A stretch of 64,000 bases of DNA from a virus (Duplodnaviria > Caudoviricetes): positions 96,001 through 160,000 of the IMG/VR virus record IMGVR_UViG_3300025389_000010; one strand, written 5' to 3'. Positions 41,712 through 51,295 of the stretch are shown here, in pieces. The stretch's first letter is position 1. The number at the start of each line of letters is the position of its first letter. The notes beneath the pieces were generated by a model. The model worked only from the letters and a program-made list of their open reading frames with translations, had not been told where the DNA came from and did not search any database. Made by a program: the position numbers and the translations under genes.

Positions 41712-42337
41712 TAGTCACCATAGATGCTTGTATTACTGCATGGATTTTCTTCTGGATAATTAAAGTTTGAATCAGCTGCTGCTTCAAGAATATCATTATC
41801 ATTGTTTGCAACATTGCCAATACCAGATCCCGGCGAACCATTCTCGAAAGAGTAATCGTATCTCTTGGCTTTAAAGAACCAAACATAGTGACCACCCAAA
41901 GCATTTAGTTGGAATTCATCTATGACTTCTGTAAACTCATAAACAGTTGGTCCTCTTTTTGGATAATTGATACGATCACTACCAAATTCAGTTAACATTA
42001 TTAAGTCTCCTGTTTTTGGTTCTGATTTTGGCCCATAAACTGCATTAAATGCTTTTGGATGAATAACACCGGTCATATCACTGTCTGCTACAATTCCAAA
42101 CTTTGAAAGTATATAAGAATCATTTGTAAGATTTAACAATAAAACCATTTTATTACCAGCACCAAAACCGGCATCAGGTTCTTCACCATAAAGAACATTC
42201 ATACCGGAAAGAGCAGATTGATTTGTATAATATGTTACTTCCTGTCCATAAATGTTTATTTGTTCATACCACCAATTGGAGAAATTGGCTCTTTCGTTAG
42301 CATTAAATTGTTTATTTAAAAATCTAAGCTTTTCCAT
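41708..42337 (-). CDS. gp14: neck protein (gp14-like)
   Basis: INIYGQEVTYY, LYGEEP...F, LSKFGI, PKTGDLI, YE.TEV. Confidence 0.75.
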   Translation of the reverse strand: MEKLRFLNKQFNANERANFSNWWYEQINIYGQEVTYYTNQSALSGMNVLYGEEPDAGFGAGNKMVLLLNLTNDSYILSKFGIVADSDMTGVIHPKAFNAVYGPKSEPKTGDLIMLTEFGSDRINYPKRGPTVYEFTEVIDEFQLNALGGHYVWFFKAKRYDYSFENGSPGSGIGNVANNDNDILEAAADSNFNYPEENPCSNTSIYGDY

Positions 42338-42710
42338 TTGGTTCTCCTTTAAACGCTAATATATAAACTTTTGGTGATACTAAGACTATATGAACACCAG
42401 TTTGCTTTATTGCCTTTGAATTTTCTTCTGGTGTTGGGCAAACATTATATGTTTTAATTATTTGCATGGCTTCGGGATGAGTCAATGCAACTTGTTTTTT
42501 TGAATTAAGACAAATTGTTATTTTAGGATGCTCATGTTTCTTTTTGGTGTGCATCTTTGCAACAACATATGATTTCTTTCTTTTTAAGTTAGTACCGACC
42601 AAAGCTCTTTGGTGATGAGCATCTCCTGTATTCATGCCCATTTTTGTTGCTTTCTTTTCACCAGAGCTTAATTCTAAAAACTCTCTTAAAAAATATTGTT
42701 TGAAATTCAC
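42324..42710 (-). CDS. hypothetical basic late protein
   Basis: GTG start preceded by TAAGTA. Confidence 0.6.
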   Translation of the reverse strand: MNFKQYFLREFLELSSGEKKATKMGMNTGDAHHQRALVGTNLKRKKSYVVAKMHTKKKHEHPKITICLNSKKQVALTHPEAMQIIKTYNVCPTPEENSKAIKQTGVHIVLVSPKVYILAFKGEPNGKA

Positions 42711-42724
42711 GTTATACTTACAAT

Positions 42725-42751
42725 AAAAAACCCCGCCGAAGCGGGGTTTTT
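42725..42751. terminator. intrinsic terminator with UUCG tetraloop
   Basis: A6-CCCCGC-CGAA-GCGGGG-T5; reads C(UUCG)G on the minus strand. Confidence 0.9.
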
Positions 42752-42772
42752 GTTTGAATTATTTTTTAAAAC

Positions 42773-43627
42773 TTACTTGAAGAAGTCTTCACCGGGATTG
42801 AGATCGGCTTCTGTCTTGTAGCTTGCCTTGCTGGTGAGCTTGCTAACGCCACCTTCTGTGGAGTGTGGCTTGAGCTTACCATCATGACCCTTACCTGTGT
42901 GTGGTACTTCAGCTGTTTTCTTTGTTACCTTTACGCCACCGGTATTATTGTTCTTACTAAGAAGCTTCAAACCATGCTCGTCGGAAAATGCTTCAATGTC
43001 AGTTTCTTCTTTGAAGGGGTTTTCTTCTTCGCCTTCCTTTTCTTCACCTTCATGATCTTCATCTTCCATTTCTTCGCCTTCATGATCTTCATCTTCCATT
43101 TCTTCGCCTTCCCCGCCACCAATTGCTGCCTGAAGAACATCGATTAACTTTTGAGCAGTTTCACGATCAAGTGTGATTGTAACTTCATCGTCCATGTCAT
43201 CTGTATCGTCTGTATCATCAGATTCATCAAAACCATGATCCATATCTTCATCACCTTCTGTTGAAGGTTCAAATGTGCTGTCTGAAGGATTTGAAGCTGT
43301 TGAGAAATCCATTTCACCTTCTTCGCTAAGAATCTTTGCATAGAGAGCATCAAATGGATTCTTTGATTCGTAAGAAACTGAATTCTTTTTAAGGTCACCA
43401 TCTTGCTGTTGAAGATCAGCTGGTGCTTCTTCTGGATCTTCAATGTCACCATCAACTACATCCGTACCGGATTTGCTGATAAATTTCTTGACGGTTGAAT
43501 CACTTTTTGAATCACCGAATGCTTCATCCTTCTTTGGGGTAAAACCTTTTACGGCAGGATCTTTAGTGTTTTGTAAATCATCAGATTCTGTGATTACTTT
43601 GAGATATGCTTTTGCGAGTGGGTCCAT
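42773..43627 (-). CDS. highly acidic late protein (scaffold/core-like)
   Basis: D/E-rich, several (I/L)xE sites, TAAATA upstream, strong terminator downstream. Confidence 0.65.
   Translation of the reverse strand: MDPLAKAYLKVITESDDLQNTKDPAVKGFTPKKDEAFGDSKSDSTVKKFISKSGTDVVDGDIEDPEEAPADLQQQDGDLKKNSVSYESKNPFDALYAKILSEEGEMDFSTASNPSDSTFEPSTEGDEDMDHGFDESDDTDDTDDMDDEVTITLDRETAQKLIDVLQAAIGGGEGEEMEDEDHEGEEMEDEDHEGEEKEGEEENPFKEETDIEAFSDEHGLKLLSKNNNTGGVKVTKKTAEVPHTGKGHDGKLKPHSTEGGVSKLTSKASYKTEADLNPGEDFFK
43047..43111. repeat. in-frame 30-bp tandem repeat
   Basis: CCTTCATGATCTTCATCTTCCATTTCTTCG x2 plus a partial copy; encodes EGEEMEDEDH x2. Confidence 0.9.
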
Positions 43628-43667
43628 ATGTTGTAATAATATTTACTCTTGTTTAATTCCTTTTTTA

Positions 43668-44006
43668 TTATTTTTTTGAAATTTTCTTAGATGTTACCTT
43701 TTTACCACTTTTCTTAATTGATGATTTTATTTTCTTAACATCCTTTTCGGTAAGCTTTTTTCCTGTATCTTTTTCTATTTTATTTTTGATTGCCCAAGGA
43801 TTGCTGTATGTTTTGCTACTTACTGATTTTTTTGATTCTTCGGTTACTTCTTCCTTTTCACACGTGCAACCATGATCTTTGCATTCTTCACATGTGCATT
43901 TTTCACATTCTTCATTTTCACATTTTTTACAATCACATGAACATGTTGATTCACTGATTACTTTGGAGTAAGCTTCTTCTAAAAGGATTTGATCTTTATT
44001 TCGCAT
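43668..44006 (-). CDS. small late protein with metallothionein-like Cys cluster
   Basis: 10 Cys and 1 His within 28 aa. Confidence 0.65.
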   Translation of the reverse strand: MRNKDQILLEEAYSKVISESTCSCDCKKCENEECEKCTCEECKDHGCTCEKEEVTEESKKSVSSKTYSNPWAIKNKIEKDTGKKLTEKDVKKIKSSIKKSGKKVTSKKISKK

Positions 44007-44014
44007 GTATATAC

Positions 44015-44194
44015 TTAGATGTTTATATCACCAAAATAACTTTTTAATTCAAACTGATCAACAGTTCCAGCAGTACCATTATCACAAGGTAAAATAAAAT
44101 CTGTAATTTGTGGATCAGATGATCCAGATAATGCAGGATTATTTGTTCCAGTAAAGGCAGTATTTAAATAATTGTATCCAAGTTCAAATGACAT
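44015..44194 (-). CDS. 59 aa hypothetical late protein (absent from the ORF track)
   Basis: MSFELGYNYL...YFGDINI*; TAAATA upstream; fills the intergenic gap exactly. Confidence 0.55.
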   Translation of the reverse strand: MSFELGYNYLNTAFTGTNNPALSGSSDPQITDFILPCDNGTAGTVDQFELKSYFGDINI

Positions 44195-45044
44195 TAATAT
44201 TATTTAGTAATAGTTCTGCTTCTTTCCTGAGATCCAATGGTTTTATTAATTCATAATCATTTTCACCTGATACCCAAACTATTCCAGAATAACCAATTTT
44301 AAACGGTGTGTTCTTTTCAAATATCAGACTATATAAAGCAAGTTGAAGGCTATATTTTGACAATTCACATTTATATAGATGATTAAAAGGAGAAAGCATT
44401 CTTTCGCCTCTTGAATTATCTTTTTTAATTTCTTTGTTAGTTTTATAATCAAAAATCGCAAACTCTTTTGTTTTTTTATTATATGAAAGATTATCAACTG
44501 TACCACAAATACCAGATTCCTTGTCACCTATTACAAATTCGGATTTAATTAAAATATGATCTTCTTTCCACCATTCATAAAAGTTTAAGAAGTTACAAAT
44601 GAGCTTTGCCATTTCTTCATAATAGTTATTAACAAAATTATCATTACTGGCATAAACCCTATTGGTCATAAATGCAACCAGTGCATCTTTATCAATTGAT
44701 ATCTTTTTCCTTTCCAAGAAATTTTCAACAAACAGGTGAAATTCAGAACCTTTATGACAAGAATAATCTCTTTTAAAATCCCATTCCTCTAACACTTCAT
44801 CTGTTGAACGATGACTACGTCTGGCAATATTTGCAGCAACACCACTTGAATCAAATCCCGGTTCATAATTTTTAATTAATCCGGAAACAGAACCTTTTGC
44901 TGGTTCGTTATCAATAGTATATTTGTGTTCCTTTTCAAAAAACTTAATATTTGAAAAAGCATCGTTTAAAACAATCAGTGAATCAAAATTAGGCGTTTCC
45001 AAATCCGATAATCCTTTGTGGGTCTTTTTTTCTTGGTTGGGCAT
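44184..45044 (-). CDS. PD-(D/E)xK exonuclease (Cas4/RecB-like)
   Basis: KGSEFH, E....D.....CGTVD, IFDYKT, Y.LQLALY. Confidence 0.85.
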   Translation of the reverse strand: MPNQEKKTHKGLSDLETPNFDSLIVLNDAFSNIKFFEKEHKYTIDNEPAKGSVSGLIKNYEPGFDSSGVAANIARRSHRSTDEVLEEWDFKRDYSCHKGSEFHLFVENFLERKKISIDKDALVAFMTNRVYASNDNFVNNYYEEMAKLICNFLNFYEWWKEDHILIKSEFVIGDKESGICGTVDNLSYNKKTKEFAIFDYKTNKEIKKDNSRGERMLSPFNHLYKCELSKYSLQLALYSLIFEKNTPFKIGYSGIVWVSGENDYELIKPLDLRKEAELLLNNINVI

Positions 45045-46224
45045 AAAATTCTACTTCTTTTTCAAGGTTATAAATATCACTGATAGACATTGGTTCTGTT
45101 ATCTTATCTTCAATAAGTCTTTTTGGATATTTTAAATGTTTTGCTAATTTTACTGCATCTTCAAGCGGTAAACAACCAAATTCATATTCAGCTTGAAGTC
45201 TACCTTTTCTCTTGAGTGCATCATCAATATCCTGCTTTGCGCAGTTATAGGTTACTATAACAGATGTTTTTAAAATGTCACTTAAAATACCATCCGACAG
45301 ATTAAGAAGAGAAGAAACAGCAGAAGAATCCATACCGTCACCAACTCTCTTTAAAATTGCCTTTTCTGCATCTTCAAGAATAATCACAGAGTTTGGCTTC
45401 TGAATTAATGTATGCAAGCAATTAGGATCTGTTGTAAAATACTCAATCATTGTAGTCGGAATATAAATAAAATCCCTGTCGATTGTATAAGCCAAATGCT
45501 TAATATAAGTTGTCTTGCCAGTACCCGGTGGTCCGTGAAACATATACAATCCACTAGATTTTTCCGTTAATCTTTCCTTTATTTTTTTATCAACATCCAA
45601 GAACTTTTTACCATAATTAAGTGAAAGATCTAAGTTTTCAGGCAAGTTTACACTTATAGGCTCAAATGCATAATCACCATATTGGTTTTTGATAAAAAGA
45701 TGAACTTTTGGTGCATTCTCTTCAACAACTATAAACTTTTCAAAATCTTCAATTGGATATTTTTGAACATTACTCGGTGCACAAATCATAATAGTAAAAG
45801 TTTTATTACTTTTTTCTTTACCATTTTCCTTTAAAGGGTTTGTGTTAAATATTTCACCAGCCGAAATAAGAGTACCACCTGTTGTAAACAACGGAGTATC
45901 AGATTCATATGAATCATTTTTAAGTGTTAATTTAATGAAAATATCTTTATAAGCAAACCAGAAATTACCAGTTCTAAAGTTATTGGGATTCTTTATTATA
46001 TCTTCTAAGGATGCATTACTGGTAAACTGTAACATTCTACCGTTTTCAAAAAGATATTCCAATAATTTTATAGAGAAAAAATCTTCCAAATAAACATAAG
46101 ATGGAGCATAACCGTATTTCTCCAAAATTAATTTCCTTATAGCATATTCATTTTCAGAACTATCTCTAAAGTATGAATTATCCTTTGGAACTTCATATAT
46201 CTTATTTGGTTTTAAGTTAAACAT
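44989..46224 (-). CDS. AAA+ ATPase
   Basis: GPPGTGKT, IILEDAE, LLNLSDG, TYN, DALKRKGR. Confidence 0.9.
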   Translation of the reverse strand: MFNLKPNKIYEVPKDNSYFRDSSENEYAIRKLILEKYGYAPSYVYLEDFFSIKLLEYLFENGRMLQFTSNASLEDIIKNPNNFRTGNFWFAYKDIFIKLTLKNDSYESDTPLFTTGGTLISAGEIFNTNPLKENGKEKSNKTFTIMICAPSNVQKYPIEDFEKFIVVEENAPKVHLFIKNQYGDYAFEPISVNLPENLDLSLNYGKKFLDVDKKIKERLTEKSSGLYMFHGPPGTGKTTYIKHLAYTIDRDFIYIPTTMIEYFTTDPNCLHTLIQKPNSVIILEDAEKAILKRVGDGMDSSAVSSLLNLSDGILSDILKTSVIVTYNCAKQDIDDALKRKGRLQAEYEFGCLPLEDAVKLAKHLKYPKRLIEDKITEPMSISDIYNLEKEVEFYAQPRKKDPQRIIGFGNA

Positions 46225-46316
46225 AACACTACTTTACTGGTTTTTAAGATAAAAGCAAACAAAATATTGACTTTTTATGTTCCACATGAGAACATTCAAA
46301 ATAGGTAAATATAAGC

Positions 46317-46724
46317 ATGGAAAAACTAACCAAAAAAAAATTAAGTTTGATCCATACGAGGTGTTTGAATCTTATAAGAAAAAAGCCACCTGAGTTTTTA
46401 GTTTTTAAGAAGTTACGTTATTATGGTTGGTGTTACGATTCTTCTTTTGGTATTGATGAACAAATTATTGTAGATCATAGAAAATCTCCAATACGCACTG
46501 TATATCACGAATGTCTGCATTATCTTTATCCAGATTGGAGTGAAACCAAGGTTTTGAACGTAGAATCAAAAATGGTTAATAGATTATCAATGCTTGAGAT
46601 TGCAAATTTCATGAAAATATTTTCAATTAAGTTTTATGAAAATGAACTCAAAAAAGCTAGATCTAAAAAAAGAAAAAAAACTAAAAGGAAAAAACCAACA
46701 AATAAAAATAAAACTGTTGATTGA
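46317..46724 (+). CDS. hypothetical protein with HEXXH motif
   Basis: TVYHECLH.LYP.WSE; basic tail. Confidence 0.6.
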   Translation: MEKLTKKKLSLIHTRCLNLIRKKPPEFLVFKKLRYYGWCYDSSFGIDEQIIVDHRKSPIRTVYHECLHYLYPDWSETKVLNVESKMVNRLSMLEIANFMKIFSIKFYENELKKARSKKRKKTKRKKPTNKNKTVD

Positions 46725-46767
46725 AACCGATGAAGCTGCTAGAATTTGATAAATAGTAGTACACATT

Positions 46768-47739
46768 ATGATATTCAACGAACAAATTAGCCGTAAACCG
46801 AACCTATACCCTTGGACCGAAGAATTCATCGAAGCAATGCACAATGGCTTCTGGACTGACAAAGAATTCTCATTTAAATCAGATGTTCAGCAATTCAAAG
46901 TAAATCTTACAGAGCAAGAAAGAGAAATTATCATTCGTACTCTTTCTGCGATTGGTCAGATTGAAATTGCGGTCAAAACTTTTTGGGCAAAGCTTGGAGA
47001 GAATCTTCCACATCCTGCCATGCAAGACCTCGGATATGTAATGGCAAACACAGAAGTTATTCATAACAATGCATACGAGAGATTAATTTCAGTCCTTGGT
47101 CTTGAAGATGTATTTGAAAATAATCTTAAACTCGAATGGATTGAAGGTCGTGTAAAGTATCTCCGTAAATATACTCACAAATATTACAAGGATTCAAAGA
47201 AGCAGTATCTTTATGCTATTATTCTCTTTACTCTTTTTGTTGAGAATGTTTCTTTATTCTCTCAATTCTATGTAATCAATTGGTTTGCAAGATATAAGAA
47301 TGTCCTTAAGGATACAGATCAACAAGTTAAGTACACTCGTAACGAAGAGAATATTCATGCTCTTGTTGGTATTAAGATTATTAATACTATTCGTTCTGAA
47401 TATCCAGAACTCTTTGATGAAGAGCTTGAGAATAAAATTATTTCCGAAGCAGAGGAAGCATTTAAGTCTGAATCAAAGATCGTTGATTGGATGATCAACG
47501 GAATTCAAGAAGAAGGTCTTACCGCTGGAATTTTGAAAGAATTTATCAAGAATCGTATCAATGATTCACTCGTTCAAATTGGTTTCAAAAAAGCTTTTGA
47601 AGTTGATAAAGAACTTCTTAAAGAAACAAAATGGTTTACAGAAGAATTACTTGGAAATAATATGGTTGATTTTTTTTCAAGCCGTCCCACCGAGTACTCT
47701 AAAAAATCTCAATGTTTCGACGAATCTGAATTATTTTAA
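46768..47739 (+). CDS. nrdB: ribonucleotide reductase small subunit
   Basis: AMHNGFW, EVIHNNAY, ENVSLFSQF, RNEENIH, DFF. Confidence 0.95.
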   Translation: MIFNEQISRKPNLYPWTEEFIEAMHNGFWTDKEFSFKSDVQQFKVNLTEQEREIIIRTLSAIGQIEIAVKTFWAKLGENLPHPAMQDLGYVMANTEVIHNNAYERLISVLGLEDVFENNLKLEWIEGRVKYLRKYTHKYYKDSKKQYLYAIILFTLFVENVSLFSQFYVINWFARYKNVLKDTDQQVKYTRNEENIHALVGIKIINTIRSEYPELFDEELENKIISEAEEAFKSESKIVDWMINGIQEEGLTAGILKEFIKNRINDSLVQIGFKKAFEVDKELLKETKWFTEELLGNNMVDFFSSRPTEYSKKSQCFDESELF

Positions 47740-47780
47740 TATTTTTTATTAAAGAGGATTTTTATTCACTAAGTATTCTT

Positions 47781-48698
47781 ATGTCTAGAAAATATAAGAA
47801 AAAAAGAACCGTTCATCGTATAGATCAAACGAATTCACCTTTTTATGTTTATTGTTTATTTTGGTCTGATGCTAAAAATAATATAGAATATAATGAAAAA
47901 AATGTTTTCTATATAGGTAAAGCTAAAAATAAAGAATTCGATTGTTTAAGAAGAGAAAATAAACATCTAGAAGAAGCATATAGAAAAAGTCATTGGAATT
48001 TTCATAAATCTAGAAAAATAAGAAATTTAGAAGAAAATAATAAATTTATAATGTCTAAAATATTAGAAGAGTTTGATAGTGAATTTTCTGCATATGAGGC
48101 AGAATTAAAATGGTTTAACTTTTTTAAAAATAAAGGATTGGATTTAACTAATATGGTAGAGTGTGGAATGTCTTGGGTTGGATCTGGTGAAACACATCCA
48201 TCATATGATTTTAAAATCAGAGAAAAGTCAAAGGAAATAAAAAACTTGTACGTTGAAAATTTATGGTCAATACAAAAGATTGCTAAAAAATTTAATAAAT
48301 CAACCAAAGTTATAAAACAAATTTTGTTTAGCGAAAATGTAAACTTTAGAGAAAAGACAATTAGACATCCGCTTTGGCTTAAAACTGATGAAATTTTAAA
48401 AAAATATAACAGCGGCTATTCTTTAAATAAACTAACAACAGAATATAATGCATCCGTTAATTTTTTTTCTAATATGTTAAAGGAATTGGGTTGCAAAATA
48501 AGGGCAACCGATTCATATAAAAGAAGATCAAATGCGTGGAAACATATAGATGAAATTTTAAATTTATATAAAAATGGAACTACAATAAAATGTTTATGTG
48601 AAAATTATAAATGTGATCCATGTGTAATAAGAAAAATTTTAAAAGAAAACGAGATTTCAACGAAAAGATCCTTGTTTAAATCTGAAACATCAGTATAA
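47781..48698 (+). mobile_element. free-standing GIY-YIG homing endonuclease with HTH repeats
   Basis: FYVY...FYIGKA, R...H, E...E, N motifs followed by three HTH-like repeats. Confidence 0.8.
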
Positions 48699-48715
48699 TA
48701 TTATTATAACATTTT

Positions 48716-50374
48716 ATGACAACAACACAAGAACCGTACTATTGGCTAAATAAAGATTCTATTAAATTTTTACATAGAGGATATTTGCTTGAAGGTGAAG
48801 AACCAAAGAAAAGATATAAAGATATAGCAGAAACCGCCGAAAGAATTTTAAACATAAAAGGATTTGCTGATAAATTTGAAGATTATGTATCTAAGGGATT
48901 TTACTCTTTGAGTTCTCCTATAGTTTCAAACTTTGGTCGTAAAAGAGGTCTTCCTATTTCTTGTTTTGGTTCTCATATTCCTGACACAATGTCTGGTATC
49001 CTTGAAAAGGTTTCAGAAGTTGGAATCATGACAAAGAATGGTGGGGGTACATCTGCATACTTTGGCGATCTTAGAGCAAGAGGCACCGAGATTTCTTCCG
49101 GTGGTGAATCTACTGGTTCAGTTCACTTCATGGAATTATTCAATAAACTCATGGGTGTTGTTTCTCAAGGCAATGTTCGTCGTGGATCTTTTGCAGCTTA
49201 TCTTCCTATTGATCATGGTGATATTGAAGAGTTTCTCAAGATTCGTGGAGAAGGAAATGAAATCCAAGATCTTTCAATCGGTGTAACTGTAACTGATGAA
49301 TGGATGAAGTCCATGCTTGATGGTGATAAGGAAAAGAGAAGAATTTGGGGTCTTGTTCTCAAAAAGAGATTTGAGTCTGGTTATCCTTATATTTTCTTTA
49401 CTGATAATGTAAACACCAGAGCACCTTTGGTTTATAGACAGAAAGGAATGAAGATTACACAATCAAATCTTTGTACTGAAATCATGCTTCCTAATAGTGA
49501 AGATGAATCATTTGTATGTGATCTTTCTTCAATGAATTTGGAAAGATGGGAAGATTGGAAAGATACTGATGCAGTTGAAACGATGATCTTTTTCTTGGAT
49601 GCTGTAATGACAGAATTCATCAATAAGACTGAAGGTATGAAATTCATGGAAGCACCTAGAAAGTTTGCTATTCGTCATCGTGCATTAGGTCTTGGTGTTC
49701 TTGGATGGCATTCTCTATTACAATCCAAGATGATTGCATTTGAGTCAATGCAAGCCAAAATACTCAATGTTCAGATTTGGCATTTGATTCGTGAAAAAGC
49801 AGACAATGCTACTGCTGAACTTGCAAAGTTATACGGTGAACCAGAACTTCTTAAGGGTTATGGTCGTAGAAACACCACAACGCTTGCTGTAGCTCCTACA
49901 ACGTCATCTTCATTTATTCTTGGTCAAGTTAGTCCATCCATTGAGCCTAACAATAGTAACTACTATGTTAAGGATCTTGCTAAAGGAAAATTCTCGTATA
50001 AGAATCCTTATCTCAAGAAACTATTGAAGGAAAAAGGAAAGAACGATGAAGAAGTTTGGATGGATATTCTCAAGCACAGTGGATCAGTTCAGCATTTGGA
50101 TTTCCTCACTCAAGAGGAAAAGGATGTATTCAAAACCTTTGAGGAAACATCACAAAAGGAAATTATTATCCAAGCTGCTGGTAGACAACATCATATTGAC
50201 CAAGGTCAGAGCTTGAATATGCTTATTCCAGCTGGAACACCGCCGAAGGCTGTAAATGAACTTATCATCTTTGCTTGGGAGCAAGGTATCAAGTCTCTTT
50301 ATTACCAGAGATCAACCAATCCAGCAAAAGAGCTTGCTCGTTCAATTATGACTTGCAAATCATGTGAAGCATAA
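48716..50374 (+). CDS. nrdA: ribonucleotide reductase large subunit (no ATP cone)
   Basis: SSP..SNFG, ISCF, GGGTS, RRG, SNLCTE, APTTSSS, LYYQR, C-terminal CKSCEA. Confidence 0.95.
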   Translation: MTTTQEPYYWLNKDSIKFLHRGYLLEGEEPKKRYKDIAETAERILNIKGFADKFEDYVSKGFYSLSSPIVSNFGRKRGLPISCFGSHIPDTMSGILEKVSEVGIMTKNGGGTSAYFGDLRARGTEISSGGESTGSVHFMELFNKLMGVVSQGNVRRGSFAAYLPIDHGDIEEFLKIRGEGNEIQDLSIGVTVTDEWMKSMLDGDKEKRRIWGLVLKKRFESGYPYIFFTDNVNTRAPLVYRQKGMKITQSNLCTEIMLPNSEDESFVCDLSSMNLERWEDWKDTDAVETMIFFLDAVMTEFINKTEGMKFMEAPRKFAIRHRALGLGVLGWHSLLQSKMIAFESMQAKILNVQIWHLIREKADNATAELAKLYGEPELLKGYGRRNTTTLAVAPTTSSSFILGQVSPSIEPNNSNYYVKDLAKGKFSYKNPYLKKLLKEKGKNDEEVWMDILKHSGSVQHLDFLTQEEKDVFKTFEETSQKEIIIQAAGRQHHIDQGQSLNMLIPAGTPPKAVNELIIFAWEQGIKSLYYQRSTNPAKELARSIMTCKSCEA

Positions 50375-50397
50375 TATAAGTAGTTTTATACTACTTT

Positions 50398-50838
50398 ATG
50401 TCACTCTATAATGATTACGGTTGCAGAAGAACTATTAAGAAGGACTTAGCGTTCTGGAGAGAGATATATTCTGATCCAGACGTTAAGAAGTTCATGGCTC
50501 TTTGGGGAAAAGAGCCAACCGATTCTCAAGAGTTTTGGGAGTATTTAAATTCATGTGATAGGTTTGTCGTATTCAACGGAGAAAATGAACTTGTCGGTGG
50601 ATTTACAATATATCATAGGGAAAACAAAACAGCGGAGTTTGGAATAGCAACTCATCCTAATTTTAGGGGCAAAGGTTTGGGTAATATAATCATGTCATTC
50701 TTACAGGATACAGCAAAAGACTTTGGTATTAAAACGCTAAAGGCTGATGTATACGAAGAAAACGCAGCAAGTTTGGCTTTATTAAAAAAGAACGGATTTA
50801 AACCAATTGTATTTTTAGAAAAAAATATAAACAGTTGA
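50398..50838 (+). CDS. GNAT N-acetyltransferase
   Basis: HPNFRGKGLG acetyl-CoA motif, N.AS..L.KKNGF. Confidence 0.85.
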   Translation: MSLYNDYGCRRTIKKDLAFWREIYSDPDVKKFMALWGKEPTDSQEFWEYLNSCDRFVVFNGENELVGGFTIYHRENKTAEFGIATHPNFRGKGLGNIIMSFLQDTAKDFGIKTLKADVYEENAASLALLKKNGFKPIVFLEKNINS

Positions 50839-50870
50839 CAAAAATTATAAAATGATGTTTAATATACATC

Positions 50871-51116
50871 ATGAGAAATTACGAAATCGCAATTTGCAAA
50901 CAAGCTGCACCTTATTTTAACGAAATGCTTAAAAGCAAAGGTTATAAAAAGAGAGGTCTTTATATTACAGAAGATAATCAATATACGAAAATTGTAATAC
51001 CTTTTGTTGAAAATTGGTTTGATATTGAGGGTGAGCTTTTTGATTGGAAAATAAAAAGTGAAATTCCAGAAGTAAAAAACTCTGGATTTTGGGGTCAATA
51101 TTCTTCCTGCGTATAG
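50871..51116 (+). CDS. hypothetical protein
   Basis: 81 aa ORF behind TTGACA. Confidence 0.5.
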   Translation: MRNYEIAICKQAAPYFNEMLKSKGYKKRGLYITEDNQYTKIVIPFVENWFDIEGELFDWKIKSEIPEVKNSGFWGQYSSCV

Positions 51117-51136
51117 GATAAATATTGACAGTAAAA

Positions 51137-51265
51137 ATGAATATAATTTCAATACTTTCAATATTAGGAATTTTTGTAATTTTTTTATTTTTATTGTTTA
51201 TAACTATTTGTTTCATACCAGAAATAGAAGCTTTCTTTTTAAAATTCAAAAGAAAAAAAGATTGA
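51137..51265 (+). CDS. 42 aa single-TM peptide
   Basis: MNIISILSILGIFVIFLFLLFITICFIPEIEAFFLKFKRKKD*. Confidence 0.4.
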   Translation: MNIISILSILGIFVIFLFLLFITICFIPEIEAFFLKFKRKKD

Positions 51266-51295
51266 CATAAATTTTATTTTTCATATAGTTTAAGC

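Noticed and set aside
46277-46295. ATGTTC-N7-GAACAT as a LexA box
   Set aside because: The spacing does not match the TGTTC-N4-GAACA or GAAC-N4-GTTC boxes I know, and a 6-bp palindrome could arise by chance.
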